DNA of 64,000 nt from Ramazzottius varieornatus (lineage: Eukaryota > Animalia > Tardigrada): NCBI GenBank assembly GCA_001949185.1, contig BDGG01000005.1, forward strand, positions 1,105,249 through 1,169,248. The letters run 5' to 3'. Shown in pieces: positions 34,583 to 47,702 of this stretch (its first letter is position 1; each line of letters starts with the position of its first letter). Made by a program: the position numbers and the translations under genes. The notes under the pieces are model-generated. The model was not told the origin of the DNA. It was given only the letters and a program-made list of their open reading frames with translations, and did not search any database.

Positions 34583-37500
34583 TCAGTACTGTTGCAAAAT
34601 CCTTTGCATACTAAAATTATTCGCACCGATATTCGTTCGGGACAGGCTGTGTTGGTCGACGGGAACCAGCCCGGTATGGAAGAGGAGCGAAGTGGCAGCA
34701 GAGTCCCTTCTGGCCAAAACCCTGTCTATTTTCGAAGGACCCGGAAAGGGTTGTTTATCAGCCGGAGGTGTCGTCACAGGAAGAACTTTGGCTACTTTCG
34801 AAGATCTAGATGTCTCCGAGCAGTATTCGTCGTCAGTGTAAAGCGGCCTTTTTGGGCTATGTCCAACGGAGTATTTTTCACAGACTTTTGAAGAGGAAGG
34901 CTTGGAAGCAGAGGGCTTTGAAGTGGTGTTATCGTGAGATGGTTGATAGGCAGGAAAGCTGTAGACGTCGTTGCTGTCATGATCAGGACTGCTAGACGAG
35001 CTGCTGGACGTTAATCGCCATCGTCCACCGATATTTTTGTTGAATTTTAATTTGAGATTACTCCCTGATGTAGTTGGAGTTTTGCTGCTGGCGCATCGTT
35101 TCATGTCGGATGCTGATGAGGAGGATGTTGATGGAGTGGGTGGCATGCCTTGCTCGGCTGGTTTGCCCGCGGCCCATAATACTGATGAGGCTGTCTTTTC
35201 ACTGATCTCCTTCGCTGGCTGACCATGGCGTAATGTACTGGCTGCCCTGTCCAAATGGGATTCCGGCTTCGATGATGCTGGCATTAATTTCAGAGGTTGC
35301 AAACTATCGGCAGGCCTGTTATTGATTATCTCATAATACACCGGCAGGGGTCTCATCTGCAAACAGCACATACTGGTTGGGTATAGTGCCAAAGACTTTT
35401 AGAAATCAATAGAAATCGAGCGGAAACGTATAAATCATGCCGGACAGGCTCGCAAACAGTTTACGGCAAGCCGTACACGCCAGTCAATACGGAATTCTGC
35501 GCTCCGAACCAGCCGAACCATCTTCACATATTACGCACTCAGTTTTCTCAAAGCGATTTCCAAAATTCAAAAAAATGGTGTCCTTTCCCGGAAAACTATT
35601 TTTAGGCTGCTTAAACTATTTCTTGGCTCCTTAAACGGGACAAGGAAGTACAGTAAACTAGGCTTCCCAAAGCTGATAAAACTTGTCGCCTTCGCCTCGC
35701 CAACGGTCTGTACTCTCATTGCCAGTTTGAATGTTCCTGTGGTCAGTTCACGCACGACGAGATATTACGGGCCAGTAAAAATTACGGGCCAGGCCCTTTC
35801 GCTACGGCGGCACGGGCAGGTGATTCTTGGTACAAGTAAAAATCAGCATCGAAGGCTGCACTGCTGTACATACGTGCTGGACATTGAGCCGAGGAGCTGT
35901 CATATTAATATTGTCACATTAATATATATTGTGTGGTATCTTTGACATAACGTAGGACGGTGCTGCGCGGAAGTTTGAAGACTGGAGCTGCTTCGCGTAG
36001 TGCCATTCCATTCCCGACAGCAGATAGAGCATTCTTCAGGGCTTCTTCGGTGTACTGTCGATACCGTTTGGTCTTGAAGGGCTGGGACATTTTCAAAACG
36101 CTCACGGAAAGGATATCGGGACAAGGAGTCCAGAGCTTCTCCGAGAGAAAGTTGAATGACTATGCACAGTGAAACAGCTGATCAGCTGACGGCCACTGTC
36201 CATGACAATTTTCTACGGTTGAAGTTTACTACGTTACGTCATTTCTCCGATTTCTGTTTCTGACTTCCATACAAATTGTAAATTTGCCGTCTTTTCCGCC
36301 TGGCCCGTAATTTTTACTGGCCCGTAATTTTTACTGGCCCGTAATATCTTGTCGTGCGTGTACGTGCTGTCGGTTCTAGTCGGCTGGTTACATAGACGTA
36401 ATTTCGTACGCATCCTGTTTTGAAAGCCATAATGTCCATCTAGTTCATTCTACTGTATACTCACCATATCCCACTTGGTCAAGTATGCCAGCTCAATAAG
36501 GCGGAAGGACTCTGCTGGCAGAGGCTGGTCAGAGCGCGTTGCAGACTGGTACAATCGTATACCGGGCTGTAGAGAATTGAAAGGATACAATTAATTCAAA
36601 CAGCCTCAGCAAATAAGACGGAATGCAGCTGTCTCCCCCTCCTTATGGACCTTGTAGCAGGTAAAGTCAATAATAATTTCCTACCTTATTGAGACCCGCA
36701 GCGAATCGAAATTTGATGAAGTCAATAACGACGCTCAAGGGTGTGCCTAACTCCAGCCGGATAAAGCGCTTGTCGCTCGCAGCATCCTACACCGAAAGGA
36801 AAACATTTCGTTACTATCAGGACACCAGAACTGGTCTCCGGAAAAGCTTCCCGATTTACTTTGTATGTCGTGGAAGAGGAAGACTGCTCGATAACCGGCT
36901 TGAGCTCGACACCGACGTTGGATCGTTCGTTGAAGAAAAGGACTTTGTCTCCTACGGTCCGCTTAATGTCTTTACGTGCGTCTGGAAACCAAAAACACAT
37001 TCAGGTTTTGTATAAAGAAAAGGGGGCTTTATATCGAATCTAACAGAATCAAGCGGCAAGATTTTGTTCAATTTGTACCTTTTTCTGACCCAGAGTATTC
37101 CGCCCTTTGCATTGTTTCCCCTGCAAGCAAAATTACCCGGTTAGTTTACAGAGTGATCCGTAGGAATTTGCCGGTGGAAAGTCTTCCTCACTAGGTTTGA
37201 TGTTTGATTGTACATACTTGCGAGCAAGCTAGGAACAAGTTTGTAAATCATCCGTTGTAGGATGGGATCGGCTCTGAAAATGTAACGTTTTTTTTTGTAA
37301 AAACGACGTCGCGAAAGGTCTTGATGCATTCTAGCCAATGCGTGGATTGCAGACGGTACTGATTTTTCGCTGGTTCCTTATGGTCGCCGTCCACGTACCT
37401 GAGTTTGTCGAAGGGTTCACCGGGCTCTTCCTGGTTGATAAGTTTGTGGCATGCTGGGCACGTCACCAGGCCACCAGCAATGTGCCTGGCGATACAGGAA

Positions 37501-37733
37501 CGGCAGTCTGTTGGAACGAAACAGTACAGTCAGCAAATGAATGGACACAACTGGCGAATGGACAGTGGGCAAGCGCTAAGCGCTGATAAGTCAAAAGCAA
37601 GGCTGTCCTTACAAGAATGGCCGCATTCTTCGGCTACGACGCAGTCAATCATATATCCACGGCACAATGGGCAGGCGAATTTGGCGCTGAGCTGCCTGAG
37701 CTCCACTGTCCTTAACTGATCCCATTGGGACAT
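34583..37733 (-). CDS. Second Polycomb-group RING finger protein (BMI1/Psc-like)
   Basis: RING (FACPLCRGYMIDCVVAEECGHSYCRSCI..CPAC), ADPILQRMIYKLVPSL and RAWUL (KRFIRLELGTPLSVVIDFIK; FRLIELAYLTKWDMMRPLPVYYEI), then a Ser/Pro-rich tail. Confidence 0.87.
35749..36360 (-). mobile_element. Non-autonomous pogo/Tigger-like deletion derivative carrying a pipsqueak-type HTH remnant, in a PCGF intron
   Basis: TIRs CACGCACGAC(G/A)AGATATTACGGGCCAG with 17-bp subterminal repeats (2 left, 3 right); TA on the right, TT on the left. Internal ORF YTEEALKNALSAVGNGMALREAAPVFKLPRSTVLRYVK. Confidence 0.88.
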
Positions 37734-38644
37734 GGTGTCCTCTGCAATCAACAACACTTCATAAGGTCAATTGTTCTCACAGCTTTTTTTCCCCATATGA
37801 GCCCCCCAGAATATCATCAATAGCCCAATTTCTAAGGCAGAAAAAATATCTCGTTTTAAAGTGCTTGTGGTATTTTCGAGCGGTCTACATCCAGAACTAA
37901 CGGTAGAACTATCTAGTGGTCCTGACCACTGGGAAGGCCGATCGAGCAGTTAGTCTTATCTGATAAACTGGCGCATCTTTTAACAGAATAGAGTTCGCGA
38001 TAAAGCCATGATTATAAAGCCATTCTGATTAGCACTGAAATCGTGGAACTTTTAAAGGCCTCGCTCGCTCGGCCTGAAAATGGCGGAATTGCAAACATAC
38101 ATAAGTTACAGTAACATCCTGCCGTAGAAATTTCGCGAAACTGAGAAAAATGTGACACTCTATACAAGACGGGGGGACGCACGTGAGTGATTACGACGGT
38201 TGTTTTTGGATGTTTATCTTTTGTGAGTCGGTTTTTGTGTTGTTGTTCGAAGGTTGCGTTTATTGATATGCGCGCGTAACATACGGTAGATACAAGATAT
38301 TCCGACGTCATTGCGCAGTTGTCTTACAGGTATATCTCGAGACAGCAAAATTGCAGTACATAAAATCCCACATTCGGACATATCGATAATATTACGAGCA
38401 TGCCATACATTTATAATGAAATGTCATGTTCGGCCTGAAGCAGATTAGTAGAGCAAACAAAAACATGGTTGGACAACCTTTCACCCTATCTCGCTCTATC
38501 ACCGCAAACAATCTGCCTGATGTCTTCCAAAGCACTAAACATTGATCATTTTAAACTAGTTTCACGTTTTCATGAGTTCGCTAACCTATTCAAGGACACC
38601 AAAACAGTATAGACCGAACCATTCTGGGCAAACGAACTCAAACT

Positions 38645-38766
38645 GGCAAGTCGGAAGATGAACCACCCAGATCGCTCTCCCAAGTGGCGCAAGCTCTCAT
38701 CTGATACCAAAGGAAACGTGCGTCACTTGAGATAACGATCTGGACGTGATCATTTGCCGGCATCCA
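38645..38766. repeat. Foldback family copy E10 (upstream of the second PCGF)
   Basis: CCCAAGTGGCGC(38690)-N29-GCGTCACTTG(38720)..TTTGCCGGCATCC. Confidence 0.88.
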
Positions 38767-39811
38767 ATTTTTCAACGCGATGCGCGAGTTCATCCAAATG
38801 AAACCGCCATCTTGCATTCTGACCACTCGGAAATTCTTTCATAGTGGACCGGTGCATAACTTTCTCTCGGCAACTTCTACCATGTGCTCTATCCAGTGGA
38901 CATTTCTGTCGTCTAACTCCCTTTGGTTCACAGCTGGACTAATACCCATATGGTATTGCTGCTGACCAGTTCAGTGGAGAAGTGCATTAGCTCGAGTAAT
39001 GGATTTCCACCAGGCACACACACAGCCCAGGATCGTAATCAATGTAATAACATCTAAAAATATAATTTGGTGATTGATAAGTCCACTTTGCCTAAGTCGC
39101 TCTTATTGCTTTGCCTGCCGGACAGAGTACACGCCATGGAATGGTCCAGATGACCAATCGATCAGGCCCGCGTATGCTGTCCCAATACTGTATCGCATGC
39201 ATGCGACATGCCTATAGTTCTCTCTGCGGCACGAACAGCAAAATGCCATTTGCCTGCATTATCTTAGATGTGCCCATTCTCCCGTAGATAACCAAAGGTC
39301 GTTCCTAACACTCAATTTGCAGCTTCCGATAACATCCAGCTCAATCAGGGACCGCACGCCATTCTTGGAACGAATCATTTGCAGGCTCGTGTTGCATAAT
39401 CTAAATCCAAGATCCCCGTATGTGGGTTAATGATCAAATCGTATCTGAATCAGTTGACACAACTGCATTATCTGGGACATCGTACAAAACACAAAACCAT
39501 TCGACACGAATATCGAATATGTCAGATATCTTTTAATGAATTCTCAAGTCAGTAGGATAACGGTTCTCCACTGGAAGGAAGACTAGTGCATGAAGTACGT
39601 GCCCGAAGCGGCCACGCCCTTGACCTCAGGTAAGAGTACAGCCTTGCATACCTGTTCCAAATATTGATAGCTGTTCAAATGCGTCACGCCCGTAGAGGGT
39701 CCAGGAAAAATGGGTCAAGGTCAGTCGCTTTAAGTAACATGAGGTGGGACTACGGTCATACGAAGCTCAAGCACTGACCGGCAGGCAGCTTCTTTTTAAC
39801 CCATTATTCGT

Positions 39812-39941
39812 GACGTCGGCAAATGATTTCGGCCAAGTGGCGCACATTTACTTCGTGAGTAACGCACATACCCATTGTCATAAGGTGAGAGCGTGCACCA
39901 CTTGGAAAAGCAATCTAGGTGAATTCCTTTGCCGACGTCCC
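39812..39941. repeat. Foldback family copy E11 (left core partly duplicated)
   Basis: GACGTCGGCAAA..CCAAGTGGCGCACA..GAGTAACGC(39865)-N29-GCACCACTTGG..TTTGCCGACGTC. Confidence 0.88.
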
Positions 39942-41693
39942 GCTTTTTCTTTCTGTTTTTTGACTGTGTGCGTTAGAAGGCCGGACTTCAGTTTGGCGAT
40001 AAGACAGTAGCAGCCGAGACAGAGCAAACACCATACAATCAAATATCGGAACCAAGTGTTTCTATTTCATTCAAGCCTACAAGCCTACTTCCCAAGGGCG
40101 TCTTGAGGTTGGCCATGCAGCCATGTTAAAGCGCGCCAAGGAAAATAAATACGACAAATATGTAATGACAGTACTTAAAAACTGCCATTCTAATGTTAAT
40201 TTCAACCGCGCAAAAGCTTTTGCAGCCACAGTTGAGTGCGTAGATGGTGAAGGAACAGTACAGGCTGTGTGGCCGGAACGGGTTTGATGCAATGGAAAAT
40301 GGCCGCTGCTGCTGCTGCAGTTATCGTTCATTCATGACCGACATGCTCATGTGACGGACATGAGCCTCAACTGGGAAAACTTGTTTTGCTGGGCGTAATA
40401 TCCCCATGCGCTGTGCACTGAAGCATCGGCTCAAATTTCCTTCCAATGTAAAGACAAGTAGGAAGAAGCCTCAAGACTGATTACAGTGCAAGCTGACATT
40501 GATTCTTCTCTTTCCTTCTCTATTTGCCCTACTCCGCCATTCATTTTTAATCGTCCATTCAAATGAGTCAATAAAGTTCTTGATTACATCTTTTCTATCA
40601 GCACTAGACTCTTCATACACAATATCACAGCCTGCCTCGCAGAACCAACTCCATCAACATTCGTTAATTCTGAATATTCCAGTTCACAGAAAGAATGTCA
40701 ACAGTGAGAAAACCAAAGGAAACGTTCAGCAGCGAACTGGATACTTTTGTACATATGTACGGAAAGGTCACTGGCGTCATTGAAACAAAGAGTTCTCAGG
40801 GACTTTAACTTGAGCGACTAACCGAACGGAAGGACACATGTTACCCGATCCTTACGATGGAAACACTAGGTCAACGTAGCTCCGTTAATCTGCATGCAAA
40901 TGATCGAAACAACAACAACAACACCCTCGCTGGTCCTAATGAGCTTCGTCAAGTAAAGGTAGTGCCCTTGTTGGTCTATAGAGTGCTCCAAAATAGACAA
41001 TCTACACGTAGGCGGTCCTCCATCTGAAAAAAAGACCTTTCTTGCTTGGAAAGCACTTTAGATTTGCAAGTTCTAAATCGGTTCGGTCAGAGCAGTGCCA
41101 CGGAAGAATATTGTGACTGATCCTTGGCTGTTTATTACGTCTGAGCGTCTAGTGCATGCTACCATTCACAAGAAACTGACGGTGCATATCTTTAGGAAAA
41201 TAGGCTAAGCCAGGGCTCGAGACATATAGACATGCGGCTGTAATTTTGAATGACGCCATATAGTGAAGCGGCCAAGCAGCAGTGGTGGATTGTCAACAAG
41301 GCCGTAATGTTCGCCAGCTGATCAGCATAATCACCCCCTCCAAAGCGGAGCCGAGTAACTCAGCAAGGAAGCTCGGCAATACGTTCAATGCAACGTCGAG
41401 AAAAGCACGCTCGACGGCTGGATAACACCAAGGCAGTACAAGCTACAAGGAAGCTGTAGGATCGATGAAGCCAGCCCATGTCAGGCAGAAACGGAGATGC
41501 GATATTTCCAGCCTTAAGTTCAACACAAGCACGTCACGTCATGTTAAGATTGAGTGGCTTCAAAATACAACTCTTCGCTCGTGCACGGCAGTTAAACTGC
41601 CGAGATGTATGAGCGAACTTTATGTCTCGGCACTTCAGATATATCGCATCGCTACCAAGATTCAGAGAGCTGTAACTTGGCCTACAGTACTGT

Positions 41694-41813
41694 AGGCCGG
41701 CAAACGATCTCGGGATGGTCGTCATCTCAAGTGGCGCACATCTCAAGCCAATAAAAAAGGGCAACTGCGCGACTTGAGATGGCCATTATCCCGCGGTTGT
41801 TTGCCGGACTGCC
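41694..41813. repeat. Foldback family copy E12 (best-paired copy)
   Basis: GGCAAAC..CATCTCAAGTGGCGC(41737)-N29-GCGCGACTTGAGATG..GTTTGCC. Confidence 0.9.
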
Positions 41814-44800
41814 ATACACACCGCGCCGAACTCCAGCGGTTCTCCGATCGACGTCTTAAGCCATCATAAAAACATCGTGTGTGTTTGTTATACGGCTCAT
41901 GAAAATACACTTCGATGGCTCTCTACTTGGTAAAAGGCCATAATAACTGGTGTATAAACCGGCCTGAGAGTGTTGTGAGAAAATGAGCAAGCTTTGCAAG
42001 GCCACCCTTCAAAAAAAGAGTCGGCTGTCAATACGTGAAATGGTAGAGCTCAAGTTGACTCAATGCACATGTACCTTGTGAGGTTACCTGCTATGAGCTC
42101 TTATGCATATGGCTACCGTAACGATAGCGTGTGGTCGGTTCATTGACCGCACTCGCGTACCTCGAGTCAAGCTCGATCGTTTTTTCCCCTCGAAAATACT
42201 TAATTGTTTATCCATTAACTGTATCGTGCATTATGTCAAAAACGAAGAACTGTCACACTTTACCAGCCGACAAAATAACGTCGACTGTGCTGAAGCTCAT
42301 TTCCGTTGAAGGCTCTTATCTAATTTTAGGTTTGCCTCGCAATGCTGATTACGAGAGATACTGTATTATAATTATCAACTCAAATGGCTAAACAAAAGTA
42401 TCGAGTGCGCGAACGAGAACGATAACGCTTCGGTCGTGTATTTCGGAACCATGACGCTATGAGAAGTTTTATGCGTGAGGGAATTGCCATGACGGACAAG
42501 TATTCGTCTCAGAAAACGGAAGTTAATGTTGCAGCCAACGTGAGCTTGGAAGATATCAACTCCCGCTATACTTATGAGACAAAGGGTAGTTTTGTCCAAC
42601 CGCGCGCGTGACAAGCATCGCAAGAGGAGAGGCTGGCTGCACATGGTGACATTGGCAATCAATCGAAGGTAAAGACTGCACATACACAGCTGACACACCC
42701 CATATCCAATGTGACATGCGCTACACGCTTTTGATTAGTACAACACAAGGGCTCTGAATTTTCCGATTTGAAAACCGGTACTGCTTTGGTTACAATTGGG
42801 AGCAACATGTTCCGACGGAAAACAGATCCCAATTGTGTTCGTGAAAGAATGATGGACAAAATGCTGTAGTGACCTTTGGCAGGAGCATACGTCATGCAGT
42901 TTGTCGTTTGGCGTATCCACCCAACTGAACGGATCACGCAGTCACTCTCGCCCTCAATTCGTTTCTTGAAATTTACCTCCGGTTCAAAGTCCTTACTTGA
43001 ATTCATAGTTTTTTTGGACATGACAACTGAGCGAAACTTAGTCTGCGCAGCGCGGAACTGGAATTGCGAAATTCTCGCCCGTTGATCAGTCAGACGACAT
43101 TGTGCGGCCTATTTCACCTTGACTTGGCCGCCGTTATGGACTTTTGACAACGAACCAATTAATCGAGAGTCAAAAAGCCGGAGTGTAGCTCGAAGAACGA
43201 TCAAGGGTTCCGACGGTCGAACGAAACGATTTTTCGAAAAAGTTTCTTGTGTTGGTTTAGACGCGAGTTACGCCCTAGTTTCAAAAGTTCTCTGTGTTGT
43301 TTTGTTCAAGTAATAAAATATTGTGTGGGACCATGCCAGAAAACAGTTTTGCGATCTGGAAAGCACTTACCTGGATTTTTTTTGAGTGAAGTTGGCTGGA
43401 GGGCGCAGGAAAGCTATGCTGAATGTATGGGTATTTTTGTCGACTTGGCAAAGCTATAGAGACGTAACATGCTGTTGCTGCGAAAGGATATGATCGAGCT
43501 AGGCCAAGCACATGCAACGAAGGAAAGTCTGCGTTCAACGGCAAAGCAGACAAACTGGTCGATCGTCTTCCGTCTTGATCGTAGCATGTGGCCCACTTTG
43601 AGCGCACGCTAACGCAGAAAATCAACATTCGGCCCGATCGTCCATCCGTACTCTGTGCCATCCATCGTACGGTTACGAGGTGAAAGCCAGTTCCGCTGTA
43701 CAGCGCACACTCAACATCAAGTTGGCCGGCCTACCGCCCTGCTGCACTTTCCTCATGCATCATCGCTATTCGTCCATATTTGGCCATGGATATGAATGGC
43801 TGAACAGAACAAATATTCAGCCATCATAACACATATTTCGTTATGTGCCATCGGCAACGATAACCCTTCAAACCTCGTCAACGGAATTTGGGACTCAAAG
43901 TCGAATATACCGCAAAATAGGTCGCCGGGTTCTCCGTCGAAGAACCGACGCAGAGGCTGGCCGGAGTCTCGTCATCCCTACAGACTGTTTGTTCACACTT
44001 TTCCACCTGTCTTGTTAACCTATCTATTATGACAGTATTAAGACAACTCTTGATTGTTTAACAGCTTCTGCAAGATCATAAACCATTTAGCCCCTTTGTT
44101 CGCTCTCCGGGTCAGAGGAACGTGCCGGCGTAATGAACAAGCTAATGGACAAGTACTTGCACAGTCATTAGCAACAAAGGTTAACGGTGGTAGACGAAAA
44201 ATTTGCGAAAAAGTAAACCAACGACAAGGTAACGAGCACAAGTTGAGCAAGAACTTCGCATAATTAGGACGATTTTATCGGCATGATCGAACCAACCATG
44301 TCCAACAGTTAACGTTCGGCGAGATTACATGCTTGCAAATGATCATCGTTATTCGACCCTGGAAGCTTAGTCATGTCGTGTAACAGGATACCCACGTGCA
44401 CAGCCTACGTGAACGTTTCTTGCAGCTCCAAAAAAAGCTGAGGCACGTAAGAAGAGCTACTCTCGCCATGGCTTGAACCCTAAACCGATCGAGGGGTCCT
44501 TTTCAGTTGCCAGTGGCCACGAATCTCAAGAACCCGGCCCCACAATGGGTTCTAGAAAGCAGTCAGTACTCTGCATGTATCCTGCTTTCTGTGCATACCC
44601 GGACACCCGAAGCGAATTCAACCAGACACGGCCTGAGGACTTGACTTTGGTCAACGTTCAGAGTTTCTAGACTGAATCCATGCTCGTGTTGTCGACTTAA
44701 CCCACTTCCATCGAAACATCCTCATACCACAGCCCACACGGCCCACGCCCACTGCGCTGTGCTCATCGAGATGCATTTTGCCAAGAGTGCTACCAACATT

Positions 44801-46374
44801 GTCTTTTCTATGCTGAGGTCACATTTTCATGTTCCAACTACAGTACAGAGACCTATTTAAGACTAACAACCACAGATTTCATCAGCTTGATAGACATTTC
44901 TCATGAACACGAACAACTGATCGGCGGATGACATTTACACTCGCTCACAGGTTCCGTTTCCCAAATGCTTTCGTTACAACATCATCCTGCAGATAAATTC
45001 AGAAACTAATGCTGGTAGCACATTTTGTAACGTTGTCTCTCAGTCTGTTTCGATAACTTGCGATTTCCCAACGACTCTGAACGTCGGTTTAACAGGACAA
45101 TATAAAATCGCATCGAAAATCCGCAACAACCGTAAGGACAATACTGACCGTCCAGTTGACTAACCGGGAAGTTTTGAAACAAAGTAATCTTGTGGTCCAC
45201 TTCTAGAACGCAGACGAAACACGATTCGTAACTCGCAACTTCCTCAGTCACTTTGTCCCACTCCAGACAACGGGGCGACCTCTTACACAAGTACCCTGCT
45301 CGACCTAGCTCCCATCGTTTGTCCCTGCATGATCACGCAGCATCGCACTGCATACTGCAGTCTCGATCCCGAAATGGATGTCCTTCGACGGGCCCCCAAA
45401 TACCGAACGTGTCCTCGCTGAACTACATTCTGATTGCCGGTTCCCGCTCAAGCCCTTTGACTATATTCTCGCCGTGGCACTCTTATCGCATCCTGGTAGA
45501 TCGCAGACGACGGAGTACGGCCAGCATTTATCTAAATCTACCACCAGCACCATTCGATAAGCATGCATATACCCTCGTTAGAAGGAACAAGTACTGCAAT
45601 GCTTCTTGAACTTCGCGAATTACGTCATAGTGAGCGTGTGCTGTATGCGTCATCATACCCGTGAACCTTACGCGCACTATGACGTTACTTCGCGAAGTTC
45701 ATGAAGCATGACAGTATGCTTCCATCATTGACCATGTACGGTGTAACGGCAACAGGATACCTGATCGCCCGGATTTTGAAGAGGCTCAATCTGATCGGTC
45801 CCAGGTTTCTCTGCGAAAAGGGAGAGCTCCCTCTCAAGTCTAATCAATGTTCCACCCATCACTAGCGCCCCCCACATCAACAGACAGGTCCCGTCCTTCT
45901 GTGTTTTCGTAGTATGCAAGGAATAATAAATCGTCCTCGATGTGCTTTTTAGCCTGCTAATCGATTGTGCAGCTATCAAAATCGATCGGTGTGCTTGCAC
46001 AGTAACTTGCAAAACTTGACAGTCAGTCGGCGAGAGCAAATAGAGACGGATACATCAGTACGTGATTCCTGGCATCCGGCAACAGTCCTCTGCTCTCTCC
46101 TGTTTCGGCGTACGGAGCATTTCCGGTCTTTTTCAGCTTTTTAGACGGTGCGTAATACTGCACTCGCTGGCGTTCATCCACTACAAAGTTGAAAGGGAGC
46201 ATCACGCTCCAGCGCTGATTTATTACGGTATTATGGCTGACGTGTCCTTCCTTCCAACATACCATTACGGAACAATTCAGCTTGATCAGTGTGCCAAGTA
46301 GCCTTCCGAAACTCTGGACAACTTGTTCATCATTTGCGTGAAGTTGCCTTTCATCGGTTTTCAATTTCTTAATT

Positions 46375-46803
46375 ATGATGGATCACGATCAGGACAAGTC
46401 AGCGGAATTTTTCGAGCCTCAAGGAAGTGACAATGCCAGTCAGGAAAATGCTCTGCAAGACTTATTGTCACGCTTGAGAACAATCGCTGCTTGTTTTCGT
46501 AAGGCGTTCCCGGAGGCGGTTATCTTCAATGAGTCTGTATATGACGAGCCAAATGGCACGGCATGGAGTAATGATTACAGTGACTGGAAAGACGCTGATG
46601 ATGGTTCGCTGTTCCACACCGTCATTATCTTATGTGGTGTCTGCATTGTTGCCCTTCTACTGATTGTCCGATCATCTCGAGGTGGATCCTGTGCGCCCTG
46701 TAAAGCCGAGAACCATCCTGATAACGAAAGCCCTGTGAAAGAAGCCAAGAGACGAGAACACTCAACATACCAAATGGTTCCCCCTGGCCATAGGAAAGAT
46801 TAA
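46375..46803 (+). CDS. Possible small single-pass membrane protein of unknown function
   Basis: 142-aa ATG-initiated ORF with one hydrophobic segment (VIILCGVCIVALLLIV). No family recognised. Confidence 0.4.
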   Translation: MMDHDQDKSAEFFEPQGSDNASQENALQDLLSRLRTIAACFRKAFPEAVIFNESVYDEPNGTAWSNDYSDWKDADDGSLFHTVIILCGVCIVALLLIVRSSRGGSCAPCKAENHPDNESPVKEAKRREHSTYQMVPPGHRKD

Positions 46804-47702
46804 ACTGTCTCGTCACGAGCCTTCTCTGACGCGGATATCGAGCAGGCCCAGCGGAAGAGTCACATTTTCATTCGGGATGGTGCGCGTGGACGGTTCACGT
46901 GATGAAGAACGCACAACCCATTAAGAATGATTCGAAGAGCCGTCATCGTCAGGTTTCTTGGCCGCAAAGCTAATATTGCACATGCCCTTTCTTTTTGTTT
47001 CGATTTGGACCTTGCTAATTTGTACGAAGCATGACCTGCTTCCGGCTGTTTCCGGACGACCTATGTACTTGCGTTTTTGGGTAACAATGCGGAGTTCTTT
47101 GATGCAGCAACTGATGATTCGTACTCTCAAAGTATAGCCTTACATCGCGCGACGCTTACAGTTTTACCGTCTACCCGTCTACTCGCATAATCATGACACT
47201 TCAACCTTCTGGACTCTCGTTATCTAGCCTGCAAAACAGTGCACTACCCGCACGCAGAGGTAGGCAATGTGCCCGCACTCTTCAGGTCTATCCCAAGCTC
47301 CACACTTCTTGTCTGATTGACTGATTCCTCCCTACAGCGCGTTTTCACTTCCCCCAAGATACAGTGGAACAAGTGCCGGCAAACCGCGCACGTAACCCAT
47401 TTATCGTCAATAATTTGCTCAATAATTCAGGCAGAGCACTTTACAAATTTACTCTCAGTATGACACGATTGAGCGCCATCTGTTGACGCTGAGCTGCAGA
47501 CACGTCATTGCGGTGGAGGCGGAGCACGGCGCAGCTCCACCTACCACGAACAGCTGTTCATTTGATTGTATGGTAGTTGATTGACCCCCTTAACCGGAAA
47601 GGTTTTATCACCCTCATCAGTTTAACCCGGAAAGATATTCCCTTCCCCGGCCGGACCGGCCTTCATCTCCCCACTGACGCATGGACTAACCTTGGCAGGA
47701 AG

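Noticed and set aside
47473-47485. CTCF-like motif (CAACAGATGGCGC on the - strand) upstream of MRI1
   Set aside because: A single short match cannot be supported without ChIP or a calibrated motif scan.
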